The position numbers and the translations under genes are program-made. From a virus (taxonomy: Duplodnaviria > Caudoviricetes): a stretch of DNA of 64,000 bases. Below, piece after piece: positions 30,001 through 39,697 of the stretch (the first letter of the stretch is position 1; each line of letters starts with the position of its first letter). The stretch lies in the IMG/VR virus record IMGVR_UViG_3300021399_000098. One strand, written 5' to 3'. Under the pieces are notes generated by a model. That model searched no databases. It was not told where the DNA came from and was given only the letters and a program-made list of their open reading frames with translations.

Positions 30001-31416
30001 TATTCCTTGCATCATTTCCGTTTCAGGAAGAGTGTTACCCCTATGGAAACCATTGAAGATAATCTTCCCATCACCGTTTACAAATAACTTATTGAACAGA
30101 TATTGAAACTCATAATCATCAAAATCTACGCTGACATTATCAACAGGATAGAAATAAACTGTTTCTTCTCCATCATTGGCTTTTTTGTTGTATTCATTTA
30201 TGGTAGTGTATAATTTTTCATTTAATCTCTTAAAATCATCTGGAAATGTTTCATAAAAATTCTTCAACGAACCACCATCAGTGCTAGGGATTAACTTAGA
30301 CAAAATCACAATCCTCGTATAATCTCCATCACTTCCTTCTTCCTTGAATAAAAAACAATAATCTTTTCCAAGCCTTTCACACAATATGTCATACAAATTA
30401 GTATACCATTTTTGGTACAGAGTTCTAATGTTTGTCAAGTCATCTATTTGTTCAGCATGAAAAGTCTGTTCATCTTCAAAACCAGTTATTTTGTCTGAAT
30501 ATGTCTCAGCCAATACTTTGTCAATATCGGTCATACATTCAACCAACGTAGGCATTGGCTTTATCTCTCCGTTCTTTCCTTTTAACGTAAAAGTTCCGTC
30601 AGCAACTTTATCACGCCAATAATCTCTTCCTATATCCGAATAAGGTGCTGAAATCAGTACGTCCATTGATATGTCAGTCATAAATGAATAACTGTAACCA
30701 ATGAACCTAGTATTTATGTCGAAATCGCCAGTGTTGGAATTAAACTTAGTGTCAAACTTATCACACATAACCTCATACGTAACAGGTTTACCATAAAATC
30801 CTTTGATTGTTATGGTAAACTTTGGCATAGGAACTCTGAAGAAACATTGGAAGAATGACTGTGCAACATTGTCTATATTTATACCTTTTATACCATCGTA
30901 AATGTTGCTTCTGCTAAGTTCTGAAGGCTGGAACAACGACAATCCTCTTACGTCCGTAAACACTATGTTTATAATTGGAACACAAGATTTTTGGTACTGT
31001 ATATTCACAGACTTAACACCAATCATTTCAGTTGTACCATAGTCAATCAAATCACCGACATACATGTCGGCATAGTTTGTTGTCAAATATGGCATGTAGC
31101 TTCTTTCTTTATCACTGCACACAACCTTAGTACCACCCATAAAGTTGACGGTATCCACTTTACCTTGCTTATGGTCGGTTCTGTACGTAAGAATCAAGAC
31201 ATCTGTTGTCTTGTTTCCGCTAGAGGTGATATTGTCTCTGCTACAAACTTCAACTTCCAAATTCAAAGTAATACAATAGTCTTCAAGTCTTGGGCTTCTG
31301 TTGTAATAGTCCACAACTTTCCAATTTTCTATATTACCTGATTTGTCTCTGTTACCAGTTTTTCCTACTGCTGATACATTTGGCTCTACATAATTTACAC
31401 TAGCGTGATGTGCCAT
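24070..31416 (-). CDS. Giant baseplate hub / tail-associated lysin with phage-tail lysozyme, SGNH hydrolase and C-terminal NlpC/P60(CHAP)-like domains
   Basis: Hub-like N-terminus and QPLMYF...GSYMIMKVEHSI; GAAGVAGNIAQEC (lysozyme); VGDSW...G.N...DYHP (SGNH); GQCT...GDV...HGCMWTGHDWRSDFIQ (amidase). Confidence 0.7.
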   Translation of the reverse strand: MAHHASVNYVEPNVSAVGKTGNRDKSGNIENWKVVDYYNRSPRLEDYCITLNLEVEVCSRDNITSSGNKTTDVLILTYRTDHKQGKVDTVNFMGGTKVVCSDKERSYMPYLTTNYADMYVGDLIDYGTTEMIGVKSVNIQYQKSCVPIINIVFTDVRGLSLFQPSELSRSNIYDGIKGINIDNVAQSFFQCFFRVPMPKFTITIKGFYGKPVTYEVMCDKFDTKFNSNTGDFDINTRFIGYSYSFMTDISMDVLISAPYSDIGRDYWRDKVADGTFTLKGKNGEIKPMPTLVECMTDIDKVLAETYSDKITGFEDEQTFHAEQIDDLTNIRTLYQKWYTNLYDILCERLGKDYCFLFKEEGSDGDYTRIVILSKLIPSTDGGSLKNFYETFPDDFKRLNEKLYTTINEYNKKANDGEETVYFYPVDNVSVDFDDYEFQYLFNKLFVNGDGKIIFNGFHRGNTLPETEMMQGIFYGVEYEQDVQRNRELHKNYILEKIYNDGVNQYVYCYSIAPSYKTVKSLINALQDKDTNSINETADYRRNKKLNDAIYGQMKWYPTIENFTRIMLAHLETLMEMMYVTIDKMEGRTAGELGVTSGAEGICNDVNPNSKDEIPPFPRVSRNILGDDNIVKREDTWVGEYQDGGSRLFEEIDLINGLLNGMDYIKSYVDATNTTINDIVAARNAEPERPKNIIKYPLAPFDFILERSPYGNSDEISNNLEGYDFAGKVAIRMFNLMVLSNYNVSYSNNWQDPTIIANVAKTEAYNFKKLVTITNPDFLSRLKNDQITSDFIISAVTTSNSDPNCPWGSDILFSIDNDMLWLDGYAVENGTDGKPKNWAFPMQNVSFSNRQETIAMCRDNKIVTNGGDYSYAKIIGSKQSLKGTDDNTGLGTIFIIDNINYNKETLSNANDINDSENCYDAIYNRTSEMIEFDNACVSKYAGVFRTYASTDVRSVNKRLGTDAEPIITEGYVYDESSKQYILTKRDGSQATYSNTQLTGIGSEAKNGSVDSFVITECFTSMGDSAGSVSSYNFSNTFDYNSSFLYRYLDTFEIMGNAKTITYNGYEFDVYHLAFILGIHVDWYFIKNDENGYHVFDYAYSNESGTFKYGENSFYYLPRIVLLQLGAAEILYQINKGYVPINDINGKNAVLRIMPIPRFLSALQFGSPLNIPARQKTVDYLYNWISANKTLLDSFKISDSELGNIMIGALSISQANTKYKTVEDVKAAISNTPYAIPKEVGATTHYRKKFLFNENSSIVKSISRELLSSVSIDFLTIYHQTEFAQYYMKKSGRILKVGQAKTYLDAFLTKLKTIYGIYTEVKDDNGNLVRISKEPANATEDIKKELYRYLKQVYDKWIPMNPKEFWSMNSFFEDRENSGHNFYFIDSFYNYIGDKLLINPKYLSEKLNALLSYKDINTMMLGFMGDIYALNRCMMMSIQNFFDLKKPGSMDEMFSMKSFNEIEWSSLHKTPSFVVVYPYEPSKNLDIPNNEYINDGFMLNDENETPMAVKTKSNKAGQYNIPAFGVSYGKQYQSYFKSININMESPVATQQSIQAKHYILQESAGTSPSNKAVAAQDLFDIYSTQSYTCEVEMMGCAWVQPLMYFVLLNVPMFKGSYMIMKVEHSITPGNMTTKFTGCRMANVSTKLVENIFSDELKGDAIGGGSQANGIDKTQLAASDNDCPYKVYPLYGTEELSGDFVEKGLQMMTALIAKGLNPTGAAGVAGNIAQECGFNPYTANTDSDGYIAGGLCGWNDHYGCFTDMITNNASGYGQDYNRSETGGGYNKQMAIDKLKAVGLQHQIDFIIDSIPNVRPRIDIASLNGSATPEAAAASFRASYEKGDNLANRQKYARQLYDAYSQSGGTVQIASAPSSGANNQESLNDAFFNAIQKSCNSTPSISVTLKKQILNNVEKQMRISADSKVAEVFDLIVSTPSYMRYVKEIYWEISDNPNPNPQPDPSKEPVSISVMLSETVRPEDRRIHICYQRANDSSGYIDVLPQNINVKFHRSMAKRRAVVNDDNAFVKECKHYNNNLDFLDGYRPTSCDSIVSSMMSHSGGGAQITKGSTIACVGDSWMAGYCTKGQLTSKLTEKGFGILAQEATVIDPANGTYKVGANGKQVKNFATYAVNTNCDVVVVNCGINPITSCDDSLGWDWVEDVGKACGDKQVFFCTIPHGLSATSSSCSGKLNDDSAIDNFNTHLKAICTANNWGVINVGSLTVSCTDYHPNESSYKKMASYIADYLGRAVQPTQTMNLEGFSGLVTNEKMKKVLQDVSHFYLSHEYKKPEKRVAVRGSGCNDAPQSPTGQCTNAPSTWYNNAGNDLCFWPKKLNGQPWGPAKATYETTLLSQYGMVLVWHGTIEQALALPNSKFRPGDVSTQYYYSKIDRNGTPSSPSAHGCMWTGHDWRSDFIQATIMANSAFKDANIKGNRDYSVCLWRHPDFQEPGLPLV

Positions 31417-31422
31417 ATTACA

Positions 31423-31740
31423 TTATTTTAATCCGTATAATTTTGTATAATTTTTAATTTCACTTTCATAAAGCTGTATTGCAGTTTCCAAAGGGTACGG
31501 AATTCGCAACTTTGTACCATCTTCAATATTAAACTCTAATGACCCAGCATGTGGATTGGCTTGTAAAATAAGCCATCCATAATTAGGGTCATTATAATAT
31601 TGATAAGACAATAAGTCCAATCTAGTTTTTCCTACATTGTAATACACATAGAAATCACTATTACTTTCAGGAATTTTAATGGATGGAATCTTTTTGTAAG
31701 CTCCATCCATTATGAATGATTTGTACCTGTTATATGACAT
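31423..31740 (-). CDS. Baseplate wedge protein, T4 gp53 / LysM-like
   Basis: RLDLLSYQYYNDPNYGWLILQANP...LRIP. Confidence 0.7.
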   Translation of the reverse strand: MSYNRYKSFIMDGAYKKIPSIKIPESNSDFYVYYNVGKTRLDLLSYQYYNDPNYGWLILQANPHAGSLEFNIEDGTKLRIPYPLETAIQLYESEIKNYTKLYGLK

Positions 31741-31759
31741 AATAAACTATTTTTAATTA

Positions 31760-34700
31760 TTATTTTGAAACGTCAATTGTAGAAACAAGCTTCTTTCTAT
31801 TGTCTCTAATCATGTCTGGATAGCTATATGGTTTGAACTTGATTTCCCTACCGCTTCCGTTAGGGTCATACTGTACCATTTCAGCACGATTATCGTATAC
31901 TCCAGTGTTAGCATAATAGTTGAACGAAACAGCATTCTGCAAGCGAGAAATAGGCCCTGCAAGGTCGCTTCCTCCCAAGAATATAAAGCTCAACGTTACC
32001 TTTGCAAACATAGGCATCACACCAATTCCTTCAGGATTTAAATCCCATTGAGGTGTTTCATATTGTATGCTCATGCTGTTAATTATAATCTTTGTATAGA
32101 AGAAGTCACCCAATCTTAACACACATACTGGAGGTCTTCCAAATGCTAGGTTATAGGCTGTTCCAGTTGAACGTTCATCACTTCCAACAGTAGAACCTTG
32201 TCTAGTACATTGATGCAAGAAAGTAAGTCTCGCATTAAATCCTTCAGGAGATACTGAATGGAAAGCTGGGTCAAAATACTTAATCTTATCAGTTATCAAC
32301 TGATGCATAAATGGGTCGTTCTTTTCAAGTAACTCAAAAAACTCACCTTCATTGTCATACCTTTCAACAACTTTAGGTTCACTTACAGTTATTCCTAATT
32401 TCAAAAAAGAATCATCATAATCATCCCATGCATACCTATCAATGTAATTCTTTCCAGTGAACTTTGAAATATCTTGGAAAGTAGCTGTCCAAGGGTCAAT
32501 TTCCCTTTCATATTTTATTTGCCCATTTGGAAGAATAACTTGTTTAAACTGCCCATGCTCTTCCATCACTTTCTGCCCTTCTTCAGAATGTTCCAACCAA
32601 TCCTTAACCGTTAAATAAGGCTTTTCAGAAGATTTTTTCTCTGGGAATGTTATTGCTGGAACTGTTGTGGCATCAATTGCTTTTTGAACAACCGTTTGTC
32701 CTTCAGGTGTATTTGTCAACCAATTATTTATTACCCCATGAAGTCCTCCAGTACCATTTGTGCTGACTTTATCAACATTTTCACGAACTGGCTCTGCCGT
32801 TGCAGCATCTTCAATCTTGGTAAAATCATATTCTATGACCAAAGCAGCACAACGCCATTCCTTAGATGTCAATTCATTATCACCACCAACGTCAACTCTG
32901 TCTTTAGAATCATAAACGTCTGATGTTGCAGAAATTGTTACTCCTGGTAAGAAATTCTTTGATGCTAGCCAATTCTTAAACGTTGCTGCTCTGTTTTTTG
33001 CCAATCTTTCATTGGAACACAATCTTCCTTGTTTAGATGCCAAACCGACTATCTTAGCACTTACAATGCTTACTTCTTCGGTATTTGCCAAGTCTTTTAT
33101 AATGGTTGCCACATTTTCATCATAAGAACCTTCAGGCAAGACTGCCTTTCCCTTATCTCCTTCCAATGCCATGAACAATTCAGCAAAGCTACACATCCAT
33201 TGTTCTGTGTCTTCAGGGTCAAAGCCTATTTTTTCACATAACTTAGCATTTTCAAGAACTTGGTAATATCCTGAACCATTAAGTTTATAAGATTTGGTAT
33301 CTATATAGCTGTCAAAATGATTGAATACTTGCGTTTCAAAATCTTTATCAACTCTGTAATAGTATCTTCTATGAAGCCATGACTTAGTGTAAGCCCTTTG
33401 TTTTCCAGCAGCACTTTGGCATCCTCCTCTACATTTTTTCTCTTGGGCAGATACGTTTTGACAATTACCTATTATCTTAACCAAATCATAAGAATTAGAA
33501 CCATAAGTAGCAGTGTATTTAGAACCACTTGCATCTGTCAAATACTGTGAGTTATCTGTACTTCCTTCTACAAACGTACTGTTAATTGCGTTAGTATTTA
33601 ACACCTCTGTTGTAATTGATACACCGTGTTCTCCCAATTCATATCCATTATAGGTAGTTCCGTTTACTGTTGCATTACCCATTATATCCAAAGTGTTAAT
33701 GTCAGTTGTTTTCTTTGTTGTAGGGTCATAATACTTTTGAGTACCGACACCAGTCATTAGATAGTAAATTGCATTAACATTGGCACTATTTGAATCCTTT
33801 ATAGGGGCATCATCTGCTCCACTATAGTTGTTAGGATAATAAAGCACACAGCAGAACTTTTTCCTGATTGGGCCTTGCTTGTGCACCTCTGTTGGAGGTG
33901 GGTTGTTAATCACAGGAGTCACTGGAACAGGAGGGTCTTTCGTATCTTTTGGTGGCTCGTTAGTCCTCAACTTAAATTCTTGAGGCTTTGCTGAAAGAAT
34001 GTCACAACCTGCGAAGAAACGCAATAACGTATTCTCTTGGTTGTATATTTCATCAACACCTCCACCATTTCCTGGAAGCAACGTCTTACCCTTGTTCTTC
34101 ATTCCATTTCGTTTATGACCTGTCCAATAATCGAGTATTGATGGATGGTCTATAAGAAGCGTAAATGATAAATTACCACTTCTTTCTGTATTTGTATATG
34201 TGTAAACACTTTCTCCTCTACCAATGAATTGGTTTTGATTCCAGTTAACTCTTACATCTTCACTAAATGACAAATCATATGGTGGAAACCACATAATACG
34301 TCCACCAAGAGGGCCTTTTTGCTCTGGTGACAAGCCCATTTGGTCGTATTGGTCTTGAATTATATTGTTTTCCTTCCAAGCCAAGTTCTCCAAAGAGAAC
34401 ATACATTTTTTAATCGTTACTTGTTCGCTTTCCTTGTGTTCGAAATAATCCTTAATCTTGGCCGTTGGAGCAATGTTTACCAATCCATTCCTATAGTTCA
34501 ATACACCATATGTATCTAGTCTTTCACTACCACCCTTAAAACCATACTCCTTATTTTCTTTTGTCTTGAATCCAACAGTATCATATTTAACTTGACCTCT
34601 TAACTCTTCTTTCTCAAGGTCTAACTGTGACTCGACTTCAAAAGGTCTTATAGCCCTAGCCATTTGGTTGTACTGATGATGATATGTCCAAACCCTACAA

Positions 34701-35443
34701 TATGGGTTTTCATATCCGTTTTCGACTGTCTCTTTGGTCTTTAACAAATTTCTACCATGAGACATACCGTATTTTTCAGTCAACGCGGTCTGGGTGATGT
34801 TATCCCTAGCCTTTGAATCCATAGAATCTGTATGGAATCTAGCAACAAGGGTCTTGTATTTTCCGTTGTGGAAATTCATGTTCGTCTTCCTCAACATATC
34901 TGAGGTTGACATAGTATTGGCAAAACTGCTTATACCACCGAAATTAATTCCAGGATTTGCATCATCAATGTCATAGGAAGTAGGTATTTCAATGCTACTT
35001 GCAACGCCATCTTTAGGTGATTCTGCATATGATTTGAGTATGTTTCTGCTTGAAGTGCTCTCCAATTCAAACTCAGGTTCCCAATGACCTAAGAAATTCC
35101 TATTATCTTCCTCTGGATTTGCAAACTTTACAGTAGGTCTCTCCTTGTAGAACGTGAACTTAGGTATATCATAGTTATGATTTATGACGTTTGTACCTTG
35201 GTTATAGTTCCTTCTTACATGGTCAAAAATGAAAAGATAATCTTTACCTAAAAGGCTTATCGGTTCACGACCCAATGACTGGACAATAAACATAATATCC
35301 TCATACGAGTTATTCATGCCAATAGTTCTTGATATAAAGTCACTACTAGCAAGTAAGTCTGATGTTGCATTAACCAATGAATCTGGCATCGACTTACCAT
35401 AACTTGATATTGATTGTCCTAATTTTTTTATAGCGTTTGCCAT
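31760..35443 (-). CDS. Large baseplate / tube-initiator-like structural protein with internal OmpA-like domain
   Basis: WFPPYDLSFSE..WN...IGRGESVYTY; GRPPVCVLRLGDFF; IVGLAS...NERLAKNRA. Confidence 0.55.
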   Translation of the reverse strand: MANAIKKLGQSISSYGKSMPDSLVNATSDLLASSDFISRTIGMNNSYEDIMFIVQSLGREPISLLGKDYLFIFDHVRRNYNQGTNVINHNYDIPKFTFYKERPTVKFANPEEDNRNFLGHWEPEFELESTSSRNILKSYAESPKDGVASSIEIPTSYDIDDANPGINFGGISSFANTMSTSDMLRKTNMNFHNGKYKTLVARFHTDSMDSKARDNITQTALTEKYGMSHGRNLLKTKETVENGYENPYCRVWTYHHQYNQMARAIRPFEVESQLDLEKEELRGQVKYDTVGFKTKENKEYGFKGGSERLDTYGVLNYRNGLVNIAPTAKIKDYFEHKESEQVTIKKCMFSLENLAWKENNIIQDQYDQMGLSPEQKGPLGGRIMWFPPYDLSFSEDVRVNWNQNQFIGRGESVYTYTNTERSGNLSFTLLIDHPSILDYWTGHKRNGMKNKGKTLLPGNGGGVDEIYNQENTLLRFFAGCDILSAKPQEFKLRTNEPPKDTKDPPVPVTPVINNPPPTEVHKQGPIRKKFCCVLYYPNNYSGADDAPIKDSNSANVNAIYYLMTGVGTQKYYDPTTKKTTDINTLDIMGNATVNGTTYNGYELGEHGVSITTEVLNTNAINSTFVEGSTDNSQYLTDASGSKYTATYGSNSYDLVKIIGNCQNVSAQEKKCRGGCQSAAGKQRAYTKSWLHRRYYYRVDKDFETQVFNHFDSYIDTKSYKLNGSGYYQVLENAKLCEKIGFDPEDTEQWMCSFAELFMALEGDKGKAVLPEGSYDENVATIIKDLANTEEVSIVSAKIVGLASKQGRLCSNERLAKNRAATFKNWLASKNFLPGVTISATSDVYDSKDRVDVGGDNELTSKEWRCAALVIEYDFTKIEDAATAEPVRENVDKVSTNGTGGLHGVINNWLTNTPEGQTVVQKAIDATTVPAITFPEKKSSEKPYLTVKDWLEHSEEGQKVMEEHGQFKQVILPNGQIKYEREIDPWTATFQDISKFTGKNYIDRYAWDDYDDSFLKLGITVSEPKVVERYDNEGEFFELLEKNDPFMHQLITDKIKYFDPAFHSVSPEGFNARLTFLHQCTRQGSTVGSDERSTGTAYNLAFGRPPVCVLRLGDFFYTKIIINSMSIQYETPQWDLNPEGIGVMPMFAKVTLSFIFLGGSDLAGPISRLQNAVSFNYYANTGVYDNRAEMVQYDPNGSGREIKFKPYSYPDMIRDNRKKLVSTIDVSK

Positions 35444-35488
35444 ATATTAAAATATAATTTTTATAACCTTTTATTAAATAGTAAATGT

Positions 35489-38400
35489 TTATCTTCTACC
35501 CCACAAAGCAGTCTGTGATGGCAAGCCACGCATCTGTGCAGTATCATTCATGAATCTACCTCCGTTCACGTCATTGTTCATAGATGTCTTGATTATTTCC
35601 TTCAATGAAGAAATGAACTGTGAATCGTTCAATAGTTTTGAAATCTCTAACTCACGGCTAGAATTACCTGCATCTAACTTAATTGTACCATTTATCTTAA
35701 CGTTAATATCGTTTACTGTTATTTGGTTGCCGTTAACATTAGATACTTCAGTACCCCTAGGCTCATATATATACTCTCTTTCGCCAACTGGTTTAGCAAT
35801 AACATCATTAGTGTTGGTCAATATACTTGAAGCAACACTACTAACTAGGTCAGCACTATTTTGTATAGACTTAGCAACATCTGATGAACCACCTCCGAAT
35901 AGTCCAGTAATACCATTCCAAACTCCACTGACTGCACTTGAGAATGTGCTTATTATATCATTACCGAACAAACTGTTAATCAATGAACTTGGTAAACCCT
36001 CAATTAAGCCGAACAGCTTGGATTGTTGGTCAGGATTCAAGACCATTTCGCCACTGTTAACCCTGATTAAGACGTTATCACCTTCAGTTTGGTTTCCTCC
36101 AACAACACCGCCTTTGCTGAACAATCCGAATCCACTAGATATAAAATCCCATGCGCCACTAGCAGCATCGCTAACAGTTCCAGTTGTCCAATCCCAAGCA
36201 TCACCAATTGCATCGCCAATACCACCAAAGAAATCTCCAATACCACTGAATACGCTTGTTGCTATATCACCAATACCATCCCACATATTTGTTGCAACAT
36301 CAGTAATAGTGCCCAAAACGCCACCTGCGACATCCCTAATACCATCCCAAACACCAGTAGCAACAGAACTAATACCATTCCAAACACCAGTAGCAACAGA
36401 ACTAATACCATTCAAAACACCACTTGCGACATCACCAATACCATCCCAAACACCTTCAGCGACAGCTCCGATACCGTTAAACAGTCCTTTACCCATTGTT
36501 AGCAAACCACCGCCAATGTCACCCTTAAGCATTTGTCCAAATCCATCAACAACACCAGTACCAACTTTTCCGATACCATCCCAAACGCCCTTGGCAATAT
36601 CACCAACAGCAGAGGCAGCACCTCCAAGTACATCGCCAACGCCATTTGCAATGCCACCTACGACATCACCTACACCGTCAACGATACCTGCGCCAGCTTG
36701 TCCAAATACGCCTTCAGCAAAATCTCTTACTGGACCGTTCCAAGTATCTTTAATGAAATCAGTAGTTTCTTGCCAATGTTTACCGACAAATCCACCTACT
36801 TCACTGCCAAGCCAAACGCCTGCGGCTGTGCCAATAGGACCTAAAAGGCTACCCAAAGCGCCACCTGCAATAGCACCTACAGATTCACCAATAGCCTCGT
36901 TCTTGTTATTGGTAGCCTCCTTCATTGTGTCGTTATACTCTTGCTGAGTGATTTGTCCACCAGCCAACTGTGCATCAAGGTCTTTCTTAGTGTCTTTAAA
37001 ATCATTCATTCCAAGACCAGCACCTAATACAGACATTACTATACCAAGAGCACCTGCACTCTTTGCTGCCTTGGTGAATTTAAGCATATTTGTAGCTTGT
37101 AAGCTCTTTGCTCCATTGCCACCGACATTACCCATTATCTTGCCAGTAGCAGTGTTCATGATTTTTTGAGTACCATTAGCACCCTTAATCACTTTAGGAG
37201 CTTTCGTTGCACGTCTTAATGATGCTAATCTACCATTACCACTAGCTCTAAGTTCTCTATAGTTACCTTTGACATACCTTCCATATGAAACTACGCCACT
37301 ATTAGTAACTCTTCCTTTAGCTTTTGCTAATAGAGACCTACCACCTGAATTTTTAGCACCTTTAAACAAAGACCTACCACCTTTAACAGCAGCACGTCCA
37401 ACTCTAGCGCCACCTCCGAATAGTCCTCTTATTAAGCCAAAACCACCTCTAAATAATCCAATAATGTTGCCTAGCATACCAAGTATCTTTGTACCTGCGT
37501 AGATAAGCAAGAACCATTTGAAATTATCCAATATGAAGCTTAAGAAATTACTAATTCCCTCTATTAATTTTGTAATAAATCCTGTGTTACTTTTGATGAA
37601 AGTTATAACATCATTAACAGCCGCAGCAGCTTTTTGGCCTAAATTTTCAGCTTGTTCAATGATGGTAGGAGCAAATGTTTCAATTAACTCCATAATCTTA
37701 GGCAACTCTGCGTTCATGCTCTTTGCCAACGATGCAATTGATGATGTCTCTAGACCTTCTAACTTTTCGTTTATAGAGGTCAACTGCATTGCTTGGTCTC
37801 GCATGATTTGCTCATCGGACTTATTCTCCATTGACATCATCTGGTCTAACTGTCCGTTTTGAACAAGTGTGTCAACGTCTTGCTCCTTACCGTTCATGTC
37901 AGTCATCTTGAGCCTACCATCTTCACCTATATACGATGAATTGATGATGTAGTCTTCTTGCTGTTTGCTGTATCCTCTGCTCCTGATTTCTGCACCAAAC
38001 TGAGACTCCTTGTAATTTACCTCTGCTGTTTTTTTAGCAATCGACATTGCCTCGTCCATACTGATGCCCATCGCTTCGGCAATGCTCTTAACAAAGTCAC
38101 GGTTCATTCCGTTGACGTTTGCCATACCAGTTTTAGCATCAAATGTCGCGTAGCCGCCAAGTGTCTTGGTCATTCTTTCTGTAAATGCCTCTGGGTCATA
38201 ATTTGCCTCATATGACATTAGAAGAGGGTTAGAACCGTATGCGCCAGCAGCACCACCAAGCATCTGCAACTGTGCGGAATGCTCAATAGCCTTATCAAGC
38301 TCCATGAAGTTGCTAGCAGCTTGTTCTACTGATTGTAGGTTAAATCCAAGTTTCTCTGACAAAGCCGTCATCCTAATGATTCCATTGACACCATCACGGA

Positions 38401-38935
38401 ATGATAGTTTGTTTGCCAATGAAAGGTTTTTGGCAACCTTATCGCTGAACTGAGCAGCATTAAGGCCACTTTTAGCGGCAGTTGCGTATGCCTTTGAAAC
38501 AGCACCTTCAACAGTCCTTAATTGGCCACCCAAAGATGTCATTATGGTGCTAGTGAACTGTTTTGCTACACTAGAACCTACGAGCTTGTTAATCTGAACA
38601 AATTTCTCAGCATCAACATCATTGAGCATTACAGCCTTTCCACTTGCTTCTGCTAGGTTGGCTTGAAGTTCTTTAACTGCTTCTACTGATAGACCATAAG
38701 TAATGGCTAGTCTCTGTGCCCTTTCGGTAAGGACATTGGTATATGCTTGGGCTTGCTGTAAGGACATACCCATCCCTCTAGCAAACTCAATACCAGCCTT
38801 GTGGTATTCCATCATACCACCCATAGCTTGTTTTATAAGACTTGAAGCAGCACCGAAGCCTCCACTTAATACGTTAAAAAGCACATTTCCTATACCAGCT
38901 AAAGTACCGCCCAAAAAACTTAAAATACTGCCCAT
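35489..38935 (-). CDS. Tape measure protein
   Basis: Ala/Gly-rich helical protein with 11-residue GVWDGIxxVAx repeats, located between tail chaperone/hub and baseplate genes. Confidence 0.8.
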   Translation of the reverse strand: MGSILSFLGGTLAGIGNVLFNVLSGGFGAASSLIKQAMGGMMEYHKAGIEFARGMGMSLQQAQAYTNVLTERAQRLAITYGLSVEAVKELQANLAEASGKAVMLNDVDAEKFVQINKLVGSSVAKQFTSTIMTSLGGQLRTVEGAVSKAYATAAKSGLNAAQFSDKVAKNLSLANKLSFRDGVNGIIRMTALSEKLGFNLQSVEQAASNFMELDKAIEHSAQLQMLGGAAGAYGSNPLLMSYEANYDPEAFTERMTKTLGGYATFDAKTGMANVNGMNRDFVKSIAEAMGISMDEAMSIAKKTAEVNYKESQFGAEIRSRGYSKQQEDYIINSSYIGEDGRLKMTDMNGKEQDVDTLVQNGQLDQMMSMENKSDEQIMRDQAMQLTSINEKLEGLETSSIASLAKSMNAELPKIMELIETFAPTIIEQAENLGQKAAAAVNDVITFIKSNTGFITKLIEGISNFLSFILDNFKWFLLIYAGTKILGMLGNIIGLFRGGFGLIRGLFGGGARVGRAAVKGGRSLFKGAKNSGGRSLLAKAKGRVTNSGVVSYGRYVKGNYRELRASGNGRLASLRRATKAPKVIKGANGTQKIMNTATGKIMGNVGGNGAKSLQATNMLKFTKAAKSAGALGIVMSVLGAGLGMNDFKDTKKDLDAQLAGGQITQQEYNDTMKEATNNKNEAIGESVGAIAGGALGSLLGPIGTAAGVWLGSEVGGFVGKHWQETTDFIKDTWNGPVRDFAEGVFGQAGAGIVDGVGDVVGGIANGVGDVLGGAASAVGDIAKGVWDGIGKVGTGVVDGFGQMLKGDIGGGLLTMGKGLFNGIGAVAEGVWDGIGDVASGVLNGISSVATGVWNGISSVATGVWDGIRDVAGGVLGTITDVATNMWDGIGDIATSVFSGIGDFFGGIGDAIGDAWDWTTGTVSDAASGAWDFISSGFGLFSKGGVVGGNQTEGDNVLIRVNSGEMVLNPDQQSKLFGLIEGLPSSLINSLFGNDIISTFSSAVSGVWNGITGLFGGGSSDVAKSIQNSADLVSSVASSILTNTNDVIAKPVGEREYIYEPRGTEVSNVNGNQITVNDINVKINGTIKLDAGNSSRELEISKLLNDSQFISSLKEIIKTSMNNDVNGGRFMNDTAQMRGLPSQTALWGRR
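36140..36700 (-). repeat. 33-nt coding repeats of the tape measure protein
   Basis: Near-perfect tandem accat(c/t)ccaaacaccagtagcaacagaactaat units around 36340-36420. Confidence 0.75.
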
Positions 38936-39022
38936 TATATCTCAGTCAAATTTTTATATAAATAGCTAAATTATGTTTTTTTAACATTTAATGTTTCGTC
39001 AAAATAAAAAAAAATCGTATAT

Positions 39023-39205
39023 TTGCAATGTAAACAATTAAAATGCAAAAAAATGAAAGAGTCAAGAAGAGTATTTTATGAGATTTTTCCTAAGTTCATC
39101 TACGAATTTAGCTCAGTCAAAAGTTTCGTTTGGTTCATAATCGGACAAATCTTTGGGGGAATCTTAACATTGGGCTTAATTATTTGGTTTTTTTGGCCTG
39201 ACTGA
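39023..39205 (+). CDS. Small membrane protein
   Basis: Hydrophobic C-terminal segment; TATATTTG box at 39018-39025; true start probably one of the internal ATGs. Confidence 0.5.
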   Translation: MQCKQLKCKKMKESRRVFYEIFPKFIYEFSSVKSFVWFIIGQIFGGILTLGLIIWFFWPD

Positions 39206-39225
39206 TATTTATTTAAAAAATAAAT

Positions 39226-39684
39226 ATGGAATTAACTGAAGAGTACCTTCATAAAGTGATTATGGAGTCTATTGGCGTTGTGCCAAACATATATAACGTT
39301 ATGTGGCTTTTCAACGAATATAACAATGCTTATTTCGATGGAGAGCTGCCCCTTCCTAGGTTTGTACTAGACCACGATAGAAGGTCACTAGGGGAATTCA
39401 GATGCTACTTTGATGAGTATGGTGAGGTTGATGACCCAGAAATTATGATAAGTGACTGTTATGAGTACACCGAAGAAAAGCTAAGAGACGTTTTAGTTCA
39501 TGAAATGATTCACTACTATTTAGCCTATACACAAGAAGACATTCGTATAAGTCACGGAAGTGCATTTCAAAGGATGGCCAATGACTTTAATTCAAGATAT
39601 GGAATGAACATAACAAAAACCGTAGATGTAACTGGTATGGGAACAGTAAAATACGGCAATTGGTTTACTAGAATGTTTCAGTAA
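39226..39684 (+). CDS. SprT-like zinc metalloprotease
   Basis: YNNAYFDGELP, VLVHEMIHYY, HGSAF. Confidence 0.8.
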   Translation: MELTEEYLHKVIMESIGVVPNIYNVMWLFNEYNNAYFDGELPLPRFVLDHDRRSLGEFRCYFDEYGEVDDPEIMISDCYEYTEEKLRDVLVHEMIHYYLAYTQEDIRISHGSAFQRMANDFNSRYGMNITKTVDVTGMGTVKYGNWFTRMFQ

Positions 39685-39697
39685 TAACAATTTAACA

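Noticed and set aside
35550-36947. 465-aa plus-strand ORF and nested ORFs
   Set aside because: Antisense shadow of the Gly/Ala-rich tape measure repeats
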